Shown: positions 24,340 to 39,190, numbered from the whole stretch's first letter. The stretch: 63,983 nucleotides of DNA, filler included, from Octopus bimaculoides (GCF_001194135.2; 5 parts of 5 records of this genome joined end to end with filler, not necessarily neighbours in it); one strand, 5' to 3'. Translations and numbers: made by a program. Notes: generated by a model not told the origin, from the sequence alone.

Positions 24340-25413
24340 TATATATATATATATATATTACTATACTAACGTCTTAATCTTTTTGTTCCAGCTGTAATAA
24401 AATTCCATGCATACATCTACATGTATATATATGTATATACGTATGTATGTATGTATGTATGTATGTATGTATGTATGTATGTATGTATGTATGCATATAT
24501 GTTTCGGAAATCTAATGCACAAAAACGAACGGAAAAGAGGACACAACAGAAGATATATATGAATATATGTTTATATATATAAGTGCATCTGGTGTGTATG
24601 TACGTATACGTGCTTGCATTTCTGTATATCCGTCTGTCTGTTTGTCTGTCTGTATATATATGTATATATGTATATATGTACCCATATATTTATGTATGTA
24701 TGTACGTATGTATGTATGTATGTATGTATGTACGTATGTATGTACACATGTATACATATCTGTTTGCATCGAGATGGACTGCAAAGCTTATTTCTTAAGG
24801 GTGAATACCCACATGAAAACACACTTCATGACACTGTTTGAAAGATAAATCAGTTTTCTTGACTTAGGAATTTCCGTGATACAACCATCAGATATTTTTA
24901 AAAGAATGTGTTTAGTTAAATTTAGACAAAGTAAAAAGAATTCTATGATGCCCATTTCCAATCTTCACCATTATAGCTTTCGTTTTATTCTTTGTTTCAC
25001 AGTTGTAAGATTTAGGAAAACATTCCTTCGCGTTACTTGTTACAACCTGTTAGGAATTTTCAAATATATATATGTATATGCTTCGTTTAATTCTTTCCTT
25101 TACTTATTACACCTGATTTCTGAGAAGCAAAATTTCCAGATCAGGCAATAGAATTCCTGTCATGTTTCCGAAAATGCCATCCCTTTTCCGCTTCGAGAGG
25201 GCAGAAACATACGATATGAATAGTTTTAAATAATGAACGGTGAGTGGAAGACAGTTTCGTAAACTATGCACAAATGGATGAGACGCAGAGACGCAGATAT
25301 ATAGAAAGGCAGATAGATAGATATAGATACAAACATGCACATACATATATTCATATATATGCATGTATTTTTGCATATTTACTCACACCTACACAAAAAT
25401 GCATAAATATGTA

Positions 25414-25501
25414 TGCGTATCTCTCTCTTCTCTCTCACTCTGTGTGTGTATATATATATATATACATACACACAGAGTGAGAGAGAAGAGAGAGATACGC
25501 A
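25414..25501. repeat. 88-bp near-perfect palindrome abutting an N gap
   Basis: TGCGTATCTCTCTCTTCTCTCTCACTCTGTGTG..(TA)n..CACACAGAGTGAGAGAGAAGAGAGAGATACGCA. Confidence 0.9.
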
Positions 25502-28017
25502 NNNNNNNNNNNNNNNNNNNNNNNNNNNNNNNNNNNNNNNNNNNNNNNNNNNNNNNNNNNNNNNNNNNNNNNNNNNNNNNNNNNNNNNNNNNNNNNNNNN
25601 NNNNNNNNNNNNNNNNNNNNNNNNNNNNNNNNNNNNNNNNNNNNNNNNNNNNNNNNNNNNNNNNNNNNNNNNNNNNNNNNNNNNNNNNNNNNNNNNNNNN
25701 NNNNNNNNNNNNNNNNNNNNNNNNNNNNNNNNNNNNNNNNNNNNNNNNNNNNNNNNNNNNNNNNNNNNNNNNNNNNNNNNNNNNNNNNNNNNNNNNNNNN
25801 NNNNNNNNNNNNNNNNNNNNNNNNNNNNNNNNNNNNNNNNNNNNNNNNNNNNNNNNNNNNNNNNNNNNNNNNNNNNNNNNNNNNNNNNNNNNNNNNNNNN
25901 NNNNNNNNNNNNNNNNNNNNNNNNNNNNNNNNNNNNNNNNNNNNNNNNNNATATATATATGAAGATATATATGAAGATATATATATGAAGATATATATAT
26001 GAAGAGCAAATGTAGAATAACCAACTCAACTGGCTGTCAAGAAAAATCGATGTTTAATTTTCGTATTTTAATTTAACTGAAATAGTGTCTGCTTTCTAAG
26101 GAACAAGCCACCGTATGGAACTTTTTCATATCGAACACATGTCATAATGCTGATAATGCTAAACAGGACACAAGCTTGTTTGGTTCCATTATGTCATATG
26201 CCCAAAGGGTGATTTCAAGCTGTTGAAGAACTTGTTAGAGATTTATTAATTACAGTCTCCTTGGATGCTTGGATTCCTGGCTGTGTATAAACAATACTTT
26301 CAATGCGTTTTGGTGCTTTCTCGCAAAGACGTTGTTGTAACATCAACAGTAGAGCTTTTAGATATGTTCTGCCCACAACTCCCGTCGGTTTTGCTCGATT
26401 TTACTTTTCATGTCATTGTATGATCAATAAGATAAATTCCAGTTATATTATTGGCGGTGAATTGATTTTGAAGCCAGATTTTCTCTCTTAATATGTTGCT
26501 TTCTGTTAATTACGTTAAGTATTATATTATACAGCAATCTTCGTGTTTAGAGCAATGTGCTGCACTTCCTCATGTTACTTGTTTATGATTATAAATAATA
26601 AACCACCGAGAATTTAATCTGCTCGATATGATTGATGTATAAGTGATTAGATAAGAACAACCTAACATTCGATCAGCAACAAAATTCGATGGAGTATATG
26701 TCCTGCTTTCAAACTCAATTGATTTTGATGGCTTTAATTTTGCCAGCTGTGGGTGAGGTCAACAAAATAAGTATCAGTAGAAAAAAGGTTGTGAGTTATT
26801 CTACTACTTGTACCACAATGAGGTTTATATTTGGTTTCCTGGTAATCTCATAAATTATATTACACAGTAGTCTTCTGTTTTTCAGTAATGTACATGAGGT
26901 CCTTGTTGTGCATATTGAACATTCTGGGTGTTTAAACAAGCCAAAATTTAATTAGATTCTTACGACCAAGCCGATATTGGTGAATAGATGTGAACTGCCA
27001 AACCTTCGATGACATTGATCATTATAGATAGCTTATTCTTACCATCCATCAAAGTCTGTGAGATTTTGAACATCTTTCCAGTAATTTAGTAATAGTGCAT
27101 GTCACAACAAACTGAGAAGTAGGTAGAGATGGATAAAGGGAAGAATGCATTTGTACAAGAAAACATCTAAATGATAGAAGACCTATCTAACTATAAACTA
27201 GAGTCATTTCATGGTTTACCCTGTCGTGGCTGATTACGTTTTACGACAAATAGAAATAAATCAAAACTATCTGCATTTGAAATATTCACCTGACTTGAAG
27301 TAGCTTGACTTCGTTAAATTGGCTAAAAGTATATAGTAAAAGAAACGGTTAGCTCTACCACCTTAATACACGCAAAATCCAGTTAAAATAGAATGTTTCG
27401 ATCGTTACATGTCAATAAGAAGAAGAAGAAAATGTATTGTGTAGATAGGGATTAGCATATGTATCGGATTGAATAATCGTAAAATTTTAAGAGACAGAGG
27501 GAAGAAGGCAATTGCTTTCTCTGAAAACAAGAACACTGATAAATTATGTTTTCACGTGTATTTGCTGAATGGCAATTGTGTGGTACTTCTTTTTCATTTA
27601 TTTGTTTATCAATTTATTTGTTTGTTTTTTTGTTTATGCATTCATTCATTCATGTATTTATTTTCTGGAATAAAATGAATTGAGAAAAAGTAAATGCCGG
27701 AAGATAAATAACTTGGCGAGGAAAGTAAAATACAGATTAGTTTTCTGTGTGTGTGTGTGTGTGTGCGTGTGCGTGAGTGTGTGCATGTACACACATATGT
27801 AGGTATGTATGTATATATATATATATATGTATATATGTGTGTGCATGTGTGTATGTATATGCATGTGTGTATGTATGCATGTATATGTATATATATGTAT
27901 GTATATATATATACGTACTATATATATACATGTATATACATGTATATATTTATATGAATACATATATATACATGTACATATATACATAGATGCATATACA
28001 AATATATGTATATATAT

Positions 28018-28057
<40 letters not shown>

Positions 28058-28578
28058 CATTTTATCTAGTTACAGCTCATGAGCTGTGGCCATGCTGGGG
28101 CACCGCCATTTGAATATATATATATNNNNNNNNNNNNNNNNNNNNNNNNNNNNNNNNNNNNNNNNNNNNNNNNNNNNNNNNNNNNNNNNNNNNNNNNNNN
28201 NNNNNNNNNNNNNNNNNNNNNNNNNNNNNNNNNNNNNNNNNNNNNNNNNNNNNNNNNNNNNNNNNNNNNNNNNNNNNNNNNNNNNNNNNNNNNNNNNNNN
28301 NNNNNNNNNNNNNNNNNNNNNNNNNNNNNNNNNNNNNNNNNNNNNNNNNNNNNNNNNNNNNNNNNNNNNNNNNNNNNNNNNNNNNNNNNNNNNNNNNNNN
28401 NNNNNNNNNNNNNNNNNNNNNNNNNNNNNNNNNNNNNNNNNNNNNNNNNNNNNNNNNNNNNNNNNNNNNNNNNNNNNNNNNNNNNNNNNNNNNNNNNNNN
28501 NNNNNNNNNNNNNNNNNNNNNNNNNNNNNNNNNNNNNNNNNNNNNNNNNNNNNNNNNNNNNNNNNNNNNNNNNNNNNN

Positions 28579-28614
<36 letters not shown>

Positions 28615-28951
28615 GTACATATATGCTTATATGTAAACACGTTTATATATATTACAACATTGGTAAGGGGACGATGGTGCATTGTGTCTCTTACTCTCTC
28701 TCTCTCTCTCTACCACCAGGTGTATCTCACTGATGCCTAGACATACTCTCACACACACGCACGCACACATACAATCACACACTCACATACACAATCACAC
28801 ACACTCACAAACACAGAAGATAAACGCATAAAAACATAAATATTAATTCAAGCATTGCCAAATGTCCACAGAATAACACAGAATAACATGCATAGAAATA
28901 TTAACCAAATAGCACTCATATAGAATCATACACCCAGAGAATTATGTACAC

Positions 28952-28985
<34 letters not shown>

Positions 28986-29362
28986 TTGTGTTTGTGTGTG
29001 TGTGTGTCTTTATATTGTATATAACATATTATTTCATATTTGTTATACACAACTCTTACGCAAGCACAAACTCACAAGACAATTACAAACATTAACTTGT
29101 TCAAATACAGCAGACGATACAGACATCAACGCAAACATACATGGGCATCGCTATATAAAATGTTTATCAAAACTTTATTACAATAGTGAATAATGGCATA
29201 TTACCCTTCCATTTGTGGTAAATTATTACAGCATCAATTATTTCAACAATTCTGAAACTCATACTGAACATTCTCTATAAATACTTCGTTGTCTCGATTC
29301 TAATAGGGCTACAAATTTGACCACAAAATCTTTTCTTTGGTATGTAAGGTATATATATATAT

Positions 29363-29405
<43 letters not shown>

Positions 29406-29526
29406 NNNNNNNNNNNNNNNNNNNNNNNNNNNNNNNNNNNNNNNNNNNNNNNNNNNNNNNNNNNNNNNNNNNNNNNNNNNNNNNNNNNNNNNNNNNNNNN
29501 NNNNNNNNNNNNNNNNNNNNNNNNNN

Positions 29527-30040
29527 AGTCAGACATGATGATGACGGCCGTCCACACGGGACCGAAGAAGACCATTGCCGAACTTCAGGAACATTGTGCG
29601 CTCTAGGACTAACTTATATTTTGCATTTGCGGCTCCGTTTGTGGCTAATGAGCCCTGCTCTTGATAAGCGTACACGACTGCAAACATTGCAGACCAAGCT
29701 TTCCTCATTCACTATATGAGCCATGCGCTTTCGCGCATCTCGCTTACGTTCTACATGCTGGATACGTGCTCTCTCAAATGTGTCGATTCCTTCCTTAACC
29801 TGCTTTCTCCATCCGTGGCGATGACAGGCATTGTTCTCCCAGTCAGTGTCCTGCATATCACAGGCCTTTAATGAGAATCTCCTTCCATTCACAAGTTCAC
29901 CATATAGCATCTGCTTAGGAATCCTGCTATCCTTCATTCTAATAAGGTGTCCAGTCCAACGTAACCGGTGCTTGTGCACCATCGCCTCAATACTCAATGT
30001 ATCAGCTGTCCTCAGGATCTGTGTGTCTGCAATTCCTGTT
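29527..30040 (-). mobile_element. RTE-clade LINE 3' end with terminal zinc-finger-like motif
   Basis: SIEAMVHKHRLRWTGHLIRMKDSRIPKQMLYGEL..WRKQVKEG..CNVCSRVRLSRAGLISHKR, then a short 3' UTR. Confidence 0.88.
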
Positions 30041-30090
30041 GAGAATGGTTCCGGGTTTAGTCTCTTTGTGTGGAAAGATGGCTAATTGTT

Positions 30091-30428
30091 TACTCCTTTA
30101 GCGTCGGGCTGACCTAAGCCTTATGAGTAGATTTGTTAAACGGAAGTGGAAATAAACCAGTTTGTATACATGTATAGATGTATATGTGCATGTGTATGAG
30201 GGTACGTGAACGTGCGTGTATATGCGTTTGCACCTCTCCAACACTTGACAATCGGTGTTGGTTTGTTTCAATCCCCATAACCTAGTAGTTCAACAAAAGA
30301 GACAAATACAATAAGCACCAGGCTTTAAAAAATATAATAAGTACTATATACGATTTGTTCCACTAAACCCTTCAATGTTGTGTGCCAGCATTGCTGCAGT
30401 CCAATGAATGAAACAAGTAAAAACTAAA
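30091..30428 (+). mobile_element. SINE family D (octopus-type), 5'-truncated and degenerate
   Basis: GGGCTGACCTAAGCCTT..GATTTG..ACGGAA..(TG/TA)n..TTGACAATCGGTGTTGGTTTGTTT..TGAAACAAGTAAAA; homologous to the minus copies at 49051-49446 and 50073-50266. Confidence 0.7.
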
Positions 30429-30446
30429 AGATATATATAACAGCAA

Positions 30447-31026
30447 TATCAGCACCAAGCAATGGTTAGGCATAAGCGAACTTCAAATTAGTTAAAATAT
30501 GTTTGTGATATATTTCAACCCGTAAAGGCAAATTCACTGAAGTTACAGTAGAGAAAAAAATTTTCTCCTCTCGTAGAAAGATGTGAAAACACTATGTATG
30601 TGCAGTGCTGCCCCCTGCTGGATTCCCAGATGCCTTTCTATCTCTTTAGTCGTATTCAATGGGAAATACCGAAGAGAGGCATATTTTAACTAACCTATAG
30701 TTCGCTTGTGCCTAAACCTGCTTGGCGCTGATACTGTTGAAATGTTTTTCGACTTGACAGTCTAATGGCGCAACTCAGTCAGACTTGTTGACTTGAATCT
30801 ACAGCTTTAACTGTCCAGAGTTGCATCACTTCGGTATTTTTCATTGATAACGCCTAAAGAGTTAGAAATGTCTCTGGTAATCCGGTAGGTGACACTACTG
30901 GTCAGACATGATGTTTTTACACCTTTTTTTTATCATAAGAGAGATTTTTCCACGGTATCTGCAGAGAACTTGCCTTTAGAAGTTTGAAATATGTCACAAA
31001 AATATTTTAACTAACCTAAAGTTCGC

Positions 31027-31029
<3 letters not shown>
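30447..31029. mobile_element. MITE-like element with long imperfect inverted arms and an internal duplicate terminus
   Basis: ~30474-30600 is the inverse of ~30900-31029; 30447-30501 is the inverse of 30680-30733. Confidence 0.6.
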
Positions 31030-31095
<66 letters not shown>

Positions 31096-31105
31096 NNNNN
31101 NNNNN

Positions 31106-31151
<46 letters not shown>

Positions 31152-31389
31152 CTCATACACACATATACATGTATCTACATATAGTACGTACAGACATGTG
31201 TATGTATATATTTATATACATATATATATGCACACAACCGACCATATCTAGGTACAATCATAAGGGCTGAGCAACAAAGTTCTTTTTTTTAAGTATTGTG
31301 CTGACACTGACCTGGCTACATGAATTTCAGATTCGATACCATTCCCACAGTCAATGGATCCAAGGTGGCTACCACTAACATCGGCGCTA

Positions 31390-33152
31390 CACATTTGAAG
31401 ACTATTACAAGTTAGTATCAGAAACAAAATTCCTTTCCTCAGAGACATTTTGAGATACAGTCAATCTTTATGCATAGTAAGTTACAGAAACGCATCTAAA
31501 ACCTAATATTGCAGATGCAGAAATACACATACGAAAATATGGTATATTGCGAATCGAAAGAAAAGACAGGAGTCACGTCGGAGTTGCAGTGTAAACTCGT
31601 GAAGTACTCATACCCCAGATCCTTCTGTCATACTGAAACTCAATACATATAAGACAACCGGGTGGAGTTATATATATAACCTATAGCCCACTAGATGCTC
31701 CAAATCACACGGGTAGATTTCCAGAATGTCATGCAAAAGTAGAAGAAATCTTAACCAAGTTAGAACAACATATCAGGCTACTTCTCATGGGAGACTTCAA
31801 TCTGCCAAACGGAGGATGGCTCGAAAGGCCTTTTCTTCGCAGGAATGACGTGGATCAATTTCAGCAGCACGTTATACACGGAGCTAATAGTACTCCAACT
31901 AACCAAGGCAAACAACTTAACTTAATCTCTGCTTACAATATGGATTTCATGTATAATGTGAAAGAGATCCTGACGCTAGTCTCCGATAACAATATAATAG
32001 AGATGACCATGTATGAACCAAAGGAATCCGCAGAGATACAGCCTATGAGAAGTCCCAAAATCTATCCAATATAATTCCATGAAGCAGACTTGATGTTGAT
32101 TGAAAGAGATCTTCAAACAGGATTGGTCCCTATGTTGCACCACACCTGACATTGAGATGAAGCTTAAAGAATTCAGGTCCACAATGTAAGCCATATGCTA
32201 CAAGTTAGTCCCAGAGAGAAAGGCTGATATACACGAAAACAAACTTTCAAGAGAGAATAAAGTTTTTATCAGACAGTGTACAAAAATTGCAAACAAAATA
32301 CCTAAACAGAATACTCAATGGCAATGAAAGATCTTGCCTGGAAACAATACTGTTGAAAATTGAGGAATATATCAGAAGTTCCTGTGAAAAAGAGAGTAGA
32401 TGGAGAAGTCAGGCTTATAGAAGATATTAATTAAATCAAACCCTAAAGCCTATTTTATGTCTTCCAACGAAATTAATTCAATGCAGTACAGAGTTGAATC
32501 ACTCTTCCAAAAAGATGGCATCTCAAAGAAACCCAATGGGAATATGTAAAACACTGAAAGAACAATTCAAAGGTATTTTCAACCAACCCTTACAACACTT
32601 GCAACTCAGGAAGCCTGTTGAGTTCTTTAGTACTACGGATATAAAAACAGAAGCAACAACAATTGATTACATCGATATAAAAGAAACAGAGGTAATACTG
32701 GCCATAGAAGAGATAAACATGAACTCAACTACTTACGCTAATGGTTTCCGAGCAATCCTTCTAAATCGTGTAAACGTGTCCAAGCAAATCCACTGCAGTC
32801 TCCTAGATTTTCTTTGCATGTGGCAAATTGAAGGGAATAATATACCTAAAACTGTAGGTCTATCTCTCTAGCATCCTTATCTGCAAAGTCATAGTATCGA
32901 TGATCCGTAGGAAAATGATTTGCTGAATGACACCTAGTGTGGTTTCCGACCAGAAAGAAGTTGCCTAACACAACTTTTACAACACGCTACTTAACCACTC
33001 AGATGTAGATGTGATATATCTCGACTTTGGGAAAGTCTTCGTTGAAGTCGATCATAGAATGGTATGGTACAAGTGGCATGACCTTGGCATAGTCGCAAAA
33101 TTTGTGTGCATATATATGCGCACATACATGTTTGTTTGTCTGTGTGTGTATA

Positions 33153-33208
<56 letters not shown>

Positions 33209-34400
33209 CGTGTGTATGAATTCCTATAGAGTTGTATCTAAGACGATAGAAGAAACGTAGGAAGAGTGGCTTGACATTTTTAAAAGATAGAAGTCAGGCA
33301 GTGGTAGCCAATGGAGCCAACTCCAAGGAAACACAAATAGTGAGCGGTGACCCTATGGCACGGTACTGCGATTGCTACTGTTCATATAGGCCCTCTCAGA
33401 TATGTCCTCATCCATACAGACAGCCACACGTAGAGGCTAGGCAGATGACTCAAATGCCTTACAGGTTATACAAAACCCTGGAGTTGTCATGCATCTGGAA
33501 CAAGTGTTAGATGCAATGTAGAAGACCGCTGACGACAATAACACAGCTTAATGGAGTTTAAAGTTCCAACAACTATGCTAACAGTATACAAAGTTAAATT
33601 CAATGTAGACTTATTGCACTAGACTCTGCAGGGATTGCAATTCCAAAATTACAGTTTGTGCGTTACATGGGTACTAACATGAGTGGGTAACCACACTTCC
33701 ATGTGTATATTACGAAGTTGGCAACGCAGGCAACTGACCGGATGGATAGGAAACCATGATGTTCTCTGGAGGACTTTAGTCCTAAGACGTCTTGGATATT
33801 GCTCTTAACTACGGTCACTACACAGAAATCGAAACAGTCCACCGATGCAACACGAACAAGATAACCCCAATGCAGCAAATTAGCTATTGGGAAAGACTCA
33901 AGAACTTAAGATTTTTACACCTTGTAATAAAGATACAAAATACATGCTTCAATATACACCTGGATTATTCTGGAAGGACTTGTCCCAGACTTTGGCGTTA
34001 AAAGTTAGATAGGGTGCCAACGCATAGTTAGACAGGGAACTGTTGCATAGTTAAGCTTCGGTGTTGAAAGTTAGACAGGGAACCGTTGCAATATACTTAA
34101 AATCTATACCTAGTTGTCAACATACAGGATCAAATACTGCAATAGCTTGGGACTGAAAGATCACAGCTCTTCAATGTCCTCTCGAAGGAGCTGAGAGATC
34201 TAGTCAAGTGGTTGTGGATGTAGACGTCATCTAAAACTAAACTAGATTTCCTGCTGTTAAGAGTCCCGGATGGGCCACCCTCATGACAGGAAGTAAGAAT
34301 GAGGGTATCAACATCAAACACCCCAGTTCGCTAAACTCCAACAATTAAAGGGGGCATTAATGAAGGTATATCGTCACCAGTTGGTAGCCACCCAGTATAG
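31390..34400 (+). mobile_element. Near full-length ORF2 of a CR1-like LINE (APE endonuclease + RT), pseudogenised
   Basis: LLLMGDFNLP, SDNNIIE, IKSNPK, GFRPERSCLTQLL, DVIYLDFGKVF..VDH, WLTFLKDRSQAVVANG, SYWERLKNL, ILEGLVPDFG; (TG)n-containing insertion at ~33095-33260. Confidence 0.85.
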
Positions 34401-34492
34401 CCACAGCTCTTAAGCTAAAAGTAATAGATACACACACAACCACCCGCACACTAACACACATATATATTCATACATATACGTGTGTGTACATC

Positions 34493-34523
<31 letters not shown>

Positions 34524-35791
34524 NNNNNNNNNNNNNNNNNNNNNNNNNNNNNNNNNNNNNNNNNNNNNNNNNNNNNNNNNNNNNNNNNNNNNNNNNNNNN
34601 NNNNNNNNNNNNNNNNNNNNNNNNNNNNNNNNNNNNNNNNNNNNNNNNNNNNNNNNNNNNNNNNNNNNNNNNNNNNNNNNNNNNNNNNNNNNNNNNNNNN
34701 NNNNNNNNNNNNNNNNNNNNNNNNNNNNNNNNNNNNNNNNNNNNNNNNNNNNNNNNNNNNNNNNNNNNNNNNNNNNNNNNNNNNNNNNNNNNNNNNNNNN
34801 NNNNNNNNNNNNNNNNNNNNNNNNNNNNNNNNNNNNNNNNNNNNNNNNNNNNNNNNNNNNNNNNNNNNNTACATATATATCAGCACAGGCAAATATCTTT
34901 GCAATTATGCATGTATATGCATATGCATATGCGTATATACGACAATATTCACTCTCACATTTTTAGTCGTCACGTGGCAATAGCAGAAAACACCGCCCTA
35001 AAAGTGCTGCAGAGTAACTCTGAAATCAAAATCCACGTGTTTGTGAAGCAAGCTTCTTAACCACGTATTCGTATCTGTGCTTCGTTCCGTTTTCTATATC
35101 TTTCCTTTTTTTTTTTTTTGTAGTTGCCATTATTGTTGTTATGCCTTTATACTAAGTGAGATACGAAATGAATTTCTAGCAGTGTTTAAATTAGTTCATT
35201 CATTTTATGAGTTCATATGGCCTTTGGGCAGATTAGTGCTTTCGTCTCCCTCACCCCACTCCAGAATTTGGATTATATGTACAAGACTTATAAACTAGTA
35301 TAATTTCCTTGCATCCCTTTGTCAATGTAGTTTTATATAACAGATCTTCTGCTACGCATAGCTTATTTTTTAATTACATTTTGATTCTGTTCTCAACTAA
35401 TATCAACGATGGTTATCAGTCACATAATTTCTTTTTGCTTCGCTTTAGATCTATCTTGATGAAGGCTACACTAATTTGGATTTTTGCCTGTTAGTGAGTC
35501 TTCCTTCAAGAAAGTTAATGAGCAACTTGTTATCAAAACTTAAGATATTTGAATATCGGATGAACTCTGAAAGTAACAGTGTAACGGGAAATTTATCTAT
35601 ACTTTGTACTGATATTCAATAAAAACAGTGTATGGTAGAGTCGCTAGAGAAACGGCTGAATAAAACGATCGGGCGCAGCTGTTTGGACGTTAGCGGGTTT
35701 AGCACACCTGACTGCACTTTCAGCTTGTTTTCACATTGGAGGCAAACACACACACACACACACACACATAAACGCACACATACTCACACAC

Positions 35792-36017
35792 GGTGAGCTG
35801 GCAGAAACGTTAGCACGCCGGGCGAAATGCTTAGCGGTATTTCGTCTACCGTTACGTTCTGAGTTCAAATTCCGCCGAGGTCGACTTTGCCTTTCATCCT
35901 TTGGGGGTCGATTAAATAAGTACCAGTTACGAACCAGTTTTATAATCGACTTAATCCGATTGTTTGTCCTTGTTTGCTCCCTCTGTGTGTAGCCCCTTGT
36001 GGGTAGTAAAGAAATAA
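35792..36017 (+). mobile_element. SINE family A, alternative tail
   Basis: Near-consensus head and core; tail TTGTTTGTCCTTGTTTG..GCCCCTTGTGGG as in 8703-8908. Confidence 0.9.
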
Positions 36018-36025
36018 CACACATA

Positions 36026-36072
<47 letters not shown>

Positions 36073-36820
36073 GCACGCACACGCGCATACACGCATACAC
36101 ACATTCATACACGTGCGAACATGCGCGCGCAGAAATATAGAACCACAGATAGAAAGAACGAGAGCGAGAGAGGTTGGATAGAAAATTACTACAATTAATT
36201 AAACACAATTGGCATAAATACACACCCTTTCTACACACACATACACAGAGAGAGTGAGAAAGAGAAAAAGAGAATGAGAAAGAGGGGTAGGGAATGGATG
36301 AGAACGACATTATAATCAGCGACGCCCGATAGGCTGCGCGAAAACGCTGTACTAAGACGTATCATATTCGAACGTCGGATAAACAGCGTAATCTTTATCT
36401 TTCCATCCCTCAGATCTTTGTATTCAAATTTCATTCATTGTTTTAGGGCTGATAAATAAAGTAACAGTGCTATACTAAGTTCCATTCTTCTCTTCTGTCT
36501 ATCTTTTCTTATTATAGAAGAAATAGAATGGAATCAGATCCTTAGAATGCAATCAGATTATGTTAAGGACGCGTTGTATGTCGATACATCTGTGGCTTTA
36601 TCAAGAAAACGAAGACTCGAGGCAAATATATAAGTTGTACAGTGTAGTAATGATGTCTTTCGTAACGTGTGTTCCTTAGTGTAACGTGTGTGTCTCGAGT
36701 CACACTCAGCTGACGATTCGAAGAAAGGGATGAAATCATGCTTTACGTGGCCACCAACTATGTAGGAAAAAGAAATATTAAAAGCATATATTTTGTATAC
36801 GTAGTTAAGTAAAGTCCCGA

Positions 36821-37039
36821 GTTATGTAAACTCATAGCGCTAGTTTCCCGGTTTCCATGACGTATATATTCCCCATTCCCTTGCAAGATTACTTATTTTT
36901 TTACCAGCTGAGCGAGCTGAAGCAACGTGAGATGAAGTGTCTTACTCAAGAACACAACGCGACGTCCGGTTCAGTAATCGAAACTACATCTTACAAATCT
37001 GAATCGAACACTCTAACCACTAAACCACGTGTCTCCGCA
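36821..37039 (-). mobile_element. tRNA-derived CORE-like SINE
   Basis: Reverse complement GGAGACACGTGGTTTAGTGGTTAGAGTG..TTTCGATTAC..TTGTGTTCTTGAGTAAGACACTTCATCTCACGTTGC (A box, B box, CORE-like motif). Confidence 0.75.
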
Positions 37040-37783
37040 TAAAATATATAGGAAAGAGAAACATTAAGAAATACATTCTGTACGCCTTCTTCTTTGCTCT
37101 TCTATTCAAATTTTAAAAAAAAAAACCTGCCTCACCTTAACTGATACAAGAAAGGATTGTTTTCCTTATACAGTTGAGCATTAGGTATACATCACGAGTG
37201 TAATTCGTACATTCCACTAGTTTTAAAGCTAGAGTTTAGCAGAGAGTAAGTGAAGGTGTGTCGGTTATACAAAATGAAAAAAAGGTCTTTCAGAGAAAAT
37301 AAGTGCCTGTAAATTGATATTATAACAACTTTGATAGCTGTGACTCAGAAACATAGTTTATGTAAATACTTTTAAGAGTATCGGTTTCCAGTATGAAAAT
37401 TTAATCCACCAACCGTCATGCACTGTTAGGAAGTCTGCGCCAAATGATTGTTATCTTAAAAATGGACGTGCTTCATATACGCTTCACTAACATCCAATTC
37501 ATGCCACAGAGAGATGTGAACAATGATCAATGACTTCGAGTCTACAGTTACTAATTTAAAACTTTGTGTATAAATCGATTTTCTCCATTTGATTTCTCCC
37601 CTTAATATAGATGTCTGTGTGTGTGCATGCGTGTATGTGTGTGTGCATGCGTGTATGTGTGTGTGCATGCGTGTATGTGTGTGTGTGTAAGTATGCATGT
37701 ATGTATGTATGGATAAACGGATGTATAATGTATGTATGTTTGTATATACGTATGCATGTATGTATGTGTGTATGTATGTATGC

Positions 37784-37816
<33 letters not shown>

Positions 37817-38734
37817 CGTACGTTTTGCATTGTATTTGTATAATATTAACATCTCATGAACAGTACTATTAGCATACACTATAGCTAAGCAATCTATGTA
37901 GTCGTCTGCCATTACAATATCTCGTCTGCTAATGGTAGCTTATTTCTCCAAAATTTGAAGGGAAAAGAAAATGAAACAAATACCAATGAAAACAAAAGAT
38001 GTTTAAAATTCTACTCTAAAACAACTCATTTTGGATTATAAGCGTTACACCGTTCTTCTTTTTATTTCTATCCAAGATTATCAAATGAGTTTATTTTTTA
38101 TTTTATTTTTGGTGGTGGGGAATATGCCAATCAAATTGACTTTTGTATAACGTTGTCTAAGAGAATTTCTACTTCTAATTTTACTTTTATTGTTTTCTTT
38201 TCATTATTTCATTTCAAATATTGAAAGACCATTGGATAAGAGCTAAAGCTTTATATTTTCTCCTTGAAATCTGTGATGTGAGAGTGTGTGGATGTGTACG
38301 TGTCTGGTGAATGAGTCTCTTTCCTTTTATTCTTTTTTTTCCACGAAATAGTTGCGAGTGGTTGAGAGAATTATATGTATATGTCTGTATGTACGCAGGA
38401 AGCATGAGTATGTATATGTATTTATATATATATATATATATATAAATATATANNNNNNNNNNNNNNNNNNNNNNNNNNNNNNNNNNNNNNNNNNNNNNNN
38501 NNNNNNNNNNNNNNNNNNNNNNNNNNNNNNNNNNNNNNNNNNNNNNNNNNNNNNNNNNNNNNNNNNNNNNNNNNNNNNNNNNNNNNNNNNNNNNNNNNNN
38601 NNNNNNNNNNNNNNNNNNNNNNNNNNNNNNNNNNNNNNNNNNNNNNNNNNNNNNNNNNNNNNNNNNNNNNNNNNNNNNNNNNNNNNNNNNNNNNNNNNNN
38701 NNNNNNNNNNNNNNNNNNNNNNNNNNNNNNNNNN

Positions 38735-38773
<39 letters not shown>

Positions 38774-39159
38774 CATATATATATATATACATATACATAT
38801 ATGTATACACACACATATATATATACATATATATATATGTGTGTGTGTATGTATGTTTGTCAGTATGTACGTAGGAAGCGTATGTGTATATATATGTGTG
38901 TGTGCGTGTGTGTGTATGTTGTGTGAATACGCATATATAGACGCATATACACACGTAGGAGTATATTTACAAACGAAAAACACACATGCACAAGCACATG
39001 TCTCTACACACATACATAAACATATATCTATAGAAATACATAACTGTATGTTTGTGTGAGTTTGTATGTGTGTGTATGTGTGTGTTTTAAGAGATAAGCA
39101 GACATCAGCCGGACTGAATGTCGGCCAATCAGATAGACGGACAGACAGATAGACTGACG

Positions 39160-39190
<31 letters not shown>

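Noticed and set aside
25107-25190. LRR-like peptide DGIFGNMTGILLPDLEILLLRNQ on the minus strand
   Set aside because: Only a partial LRR pattern with a weak donor (GTGTAA) and no neighbouring repeats.
26080-26520. Possible further decayed R4-like RT N-terminus on the minus strand
   Set aside because: Only faint motif resemblance; not supportable by eye.
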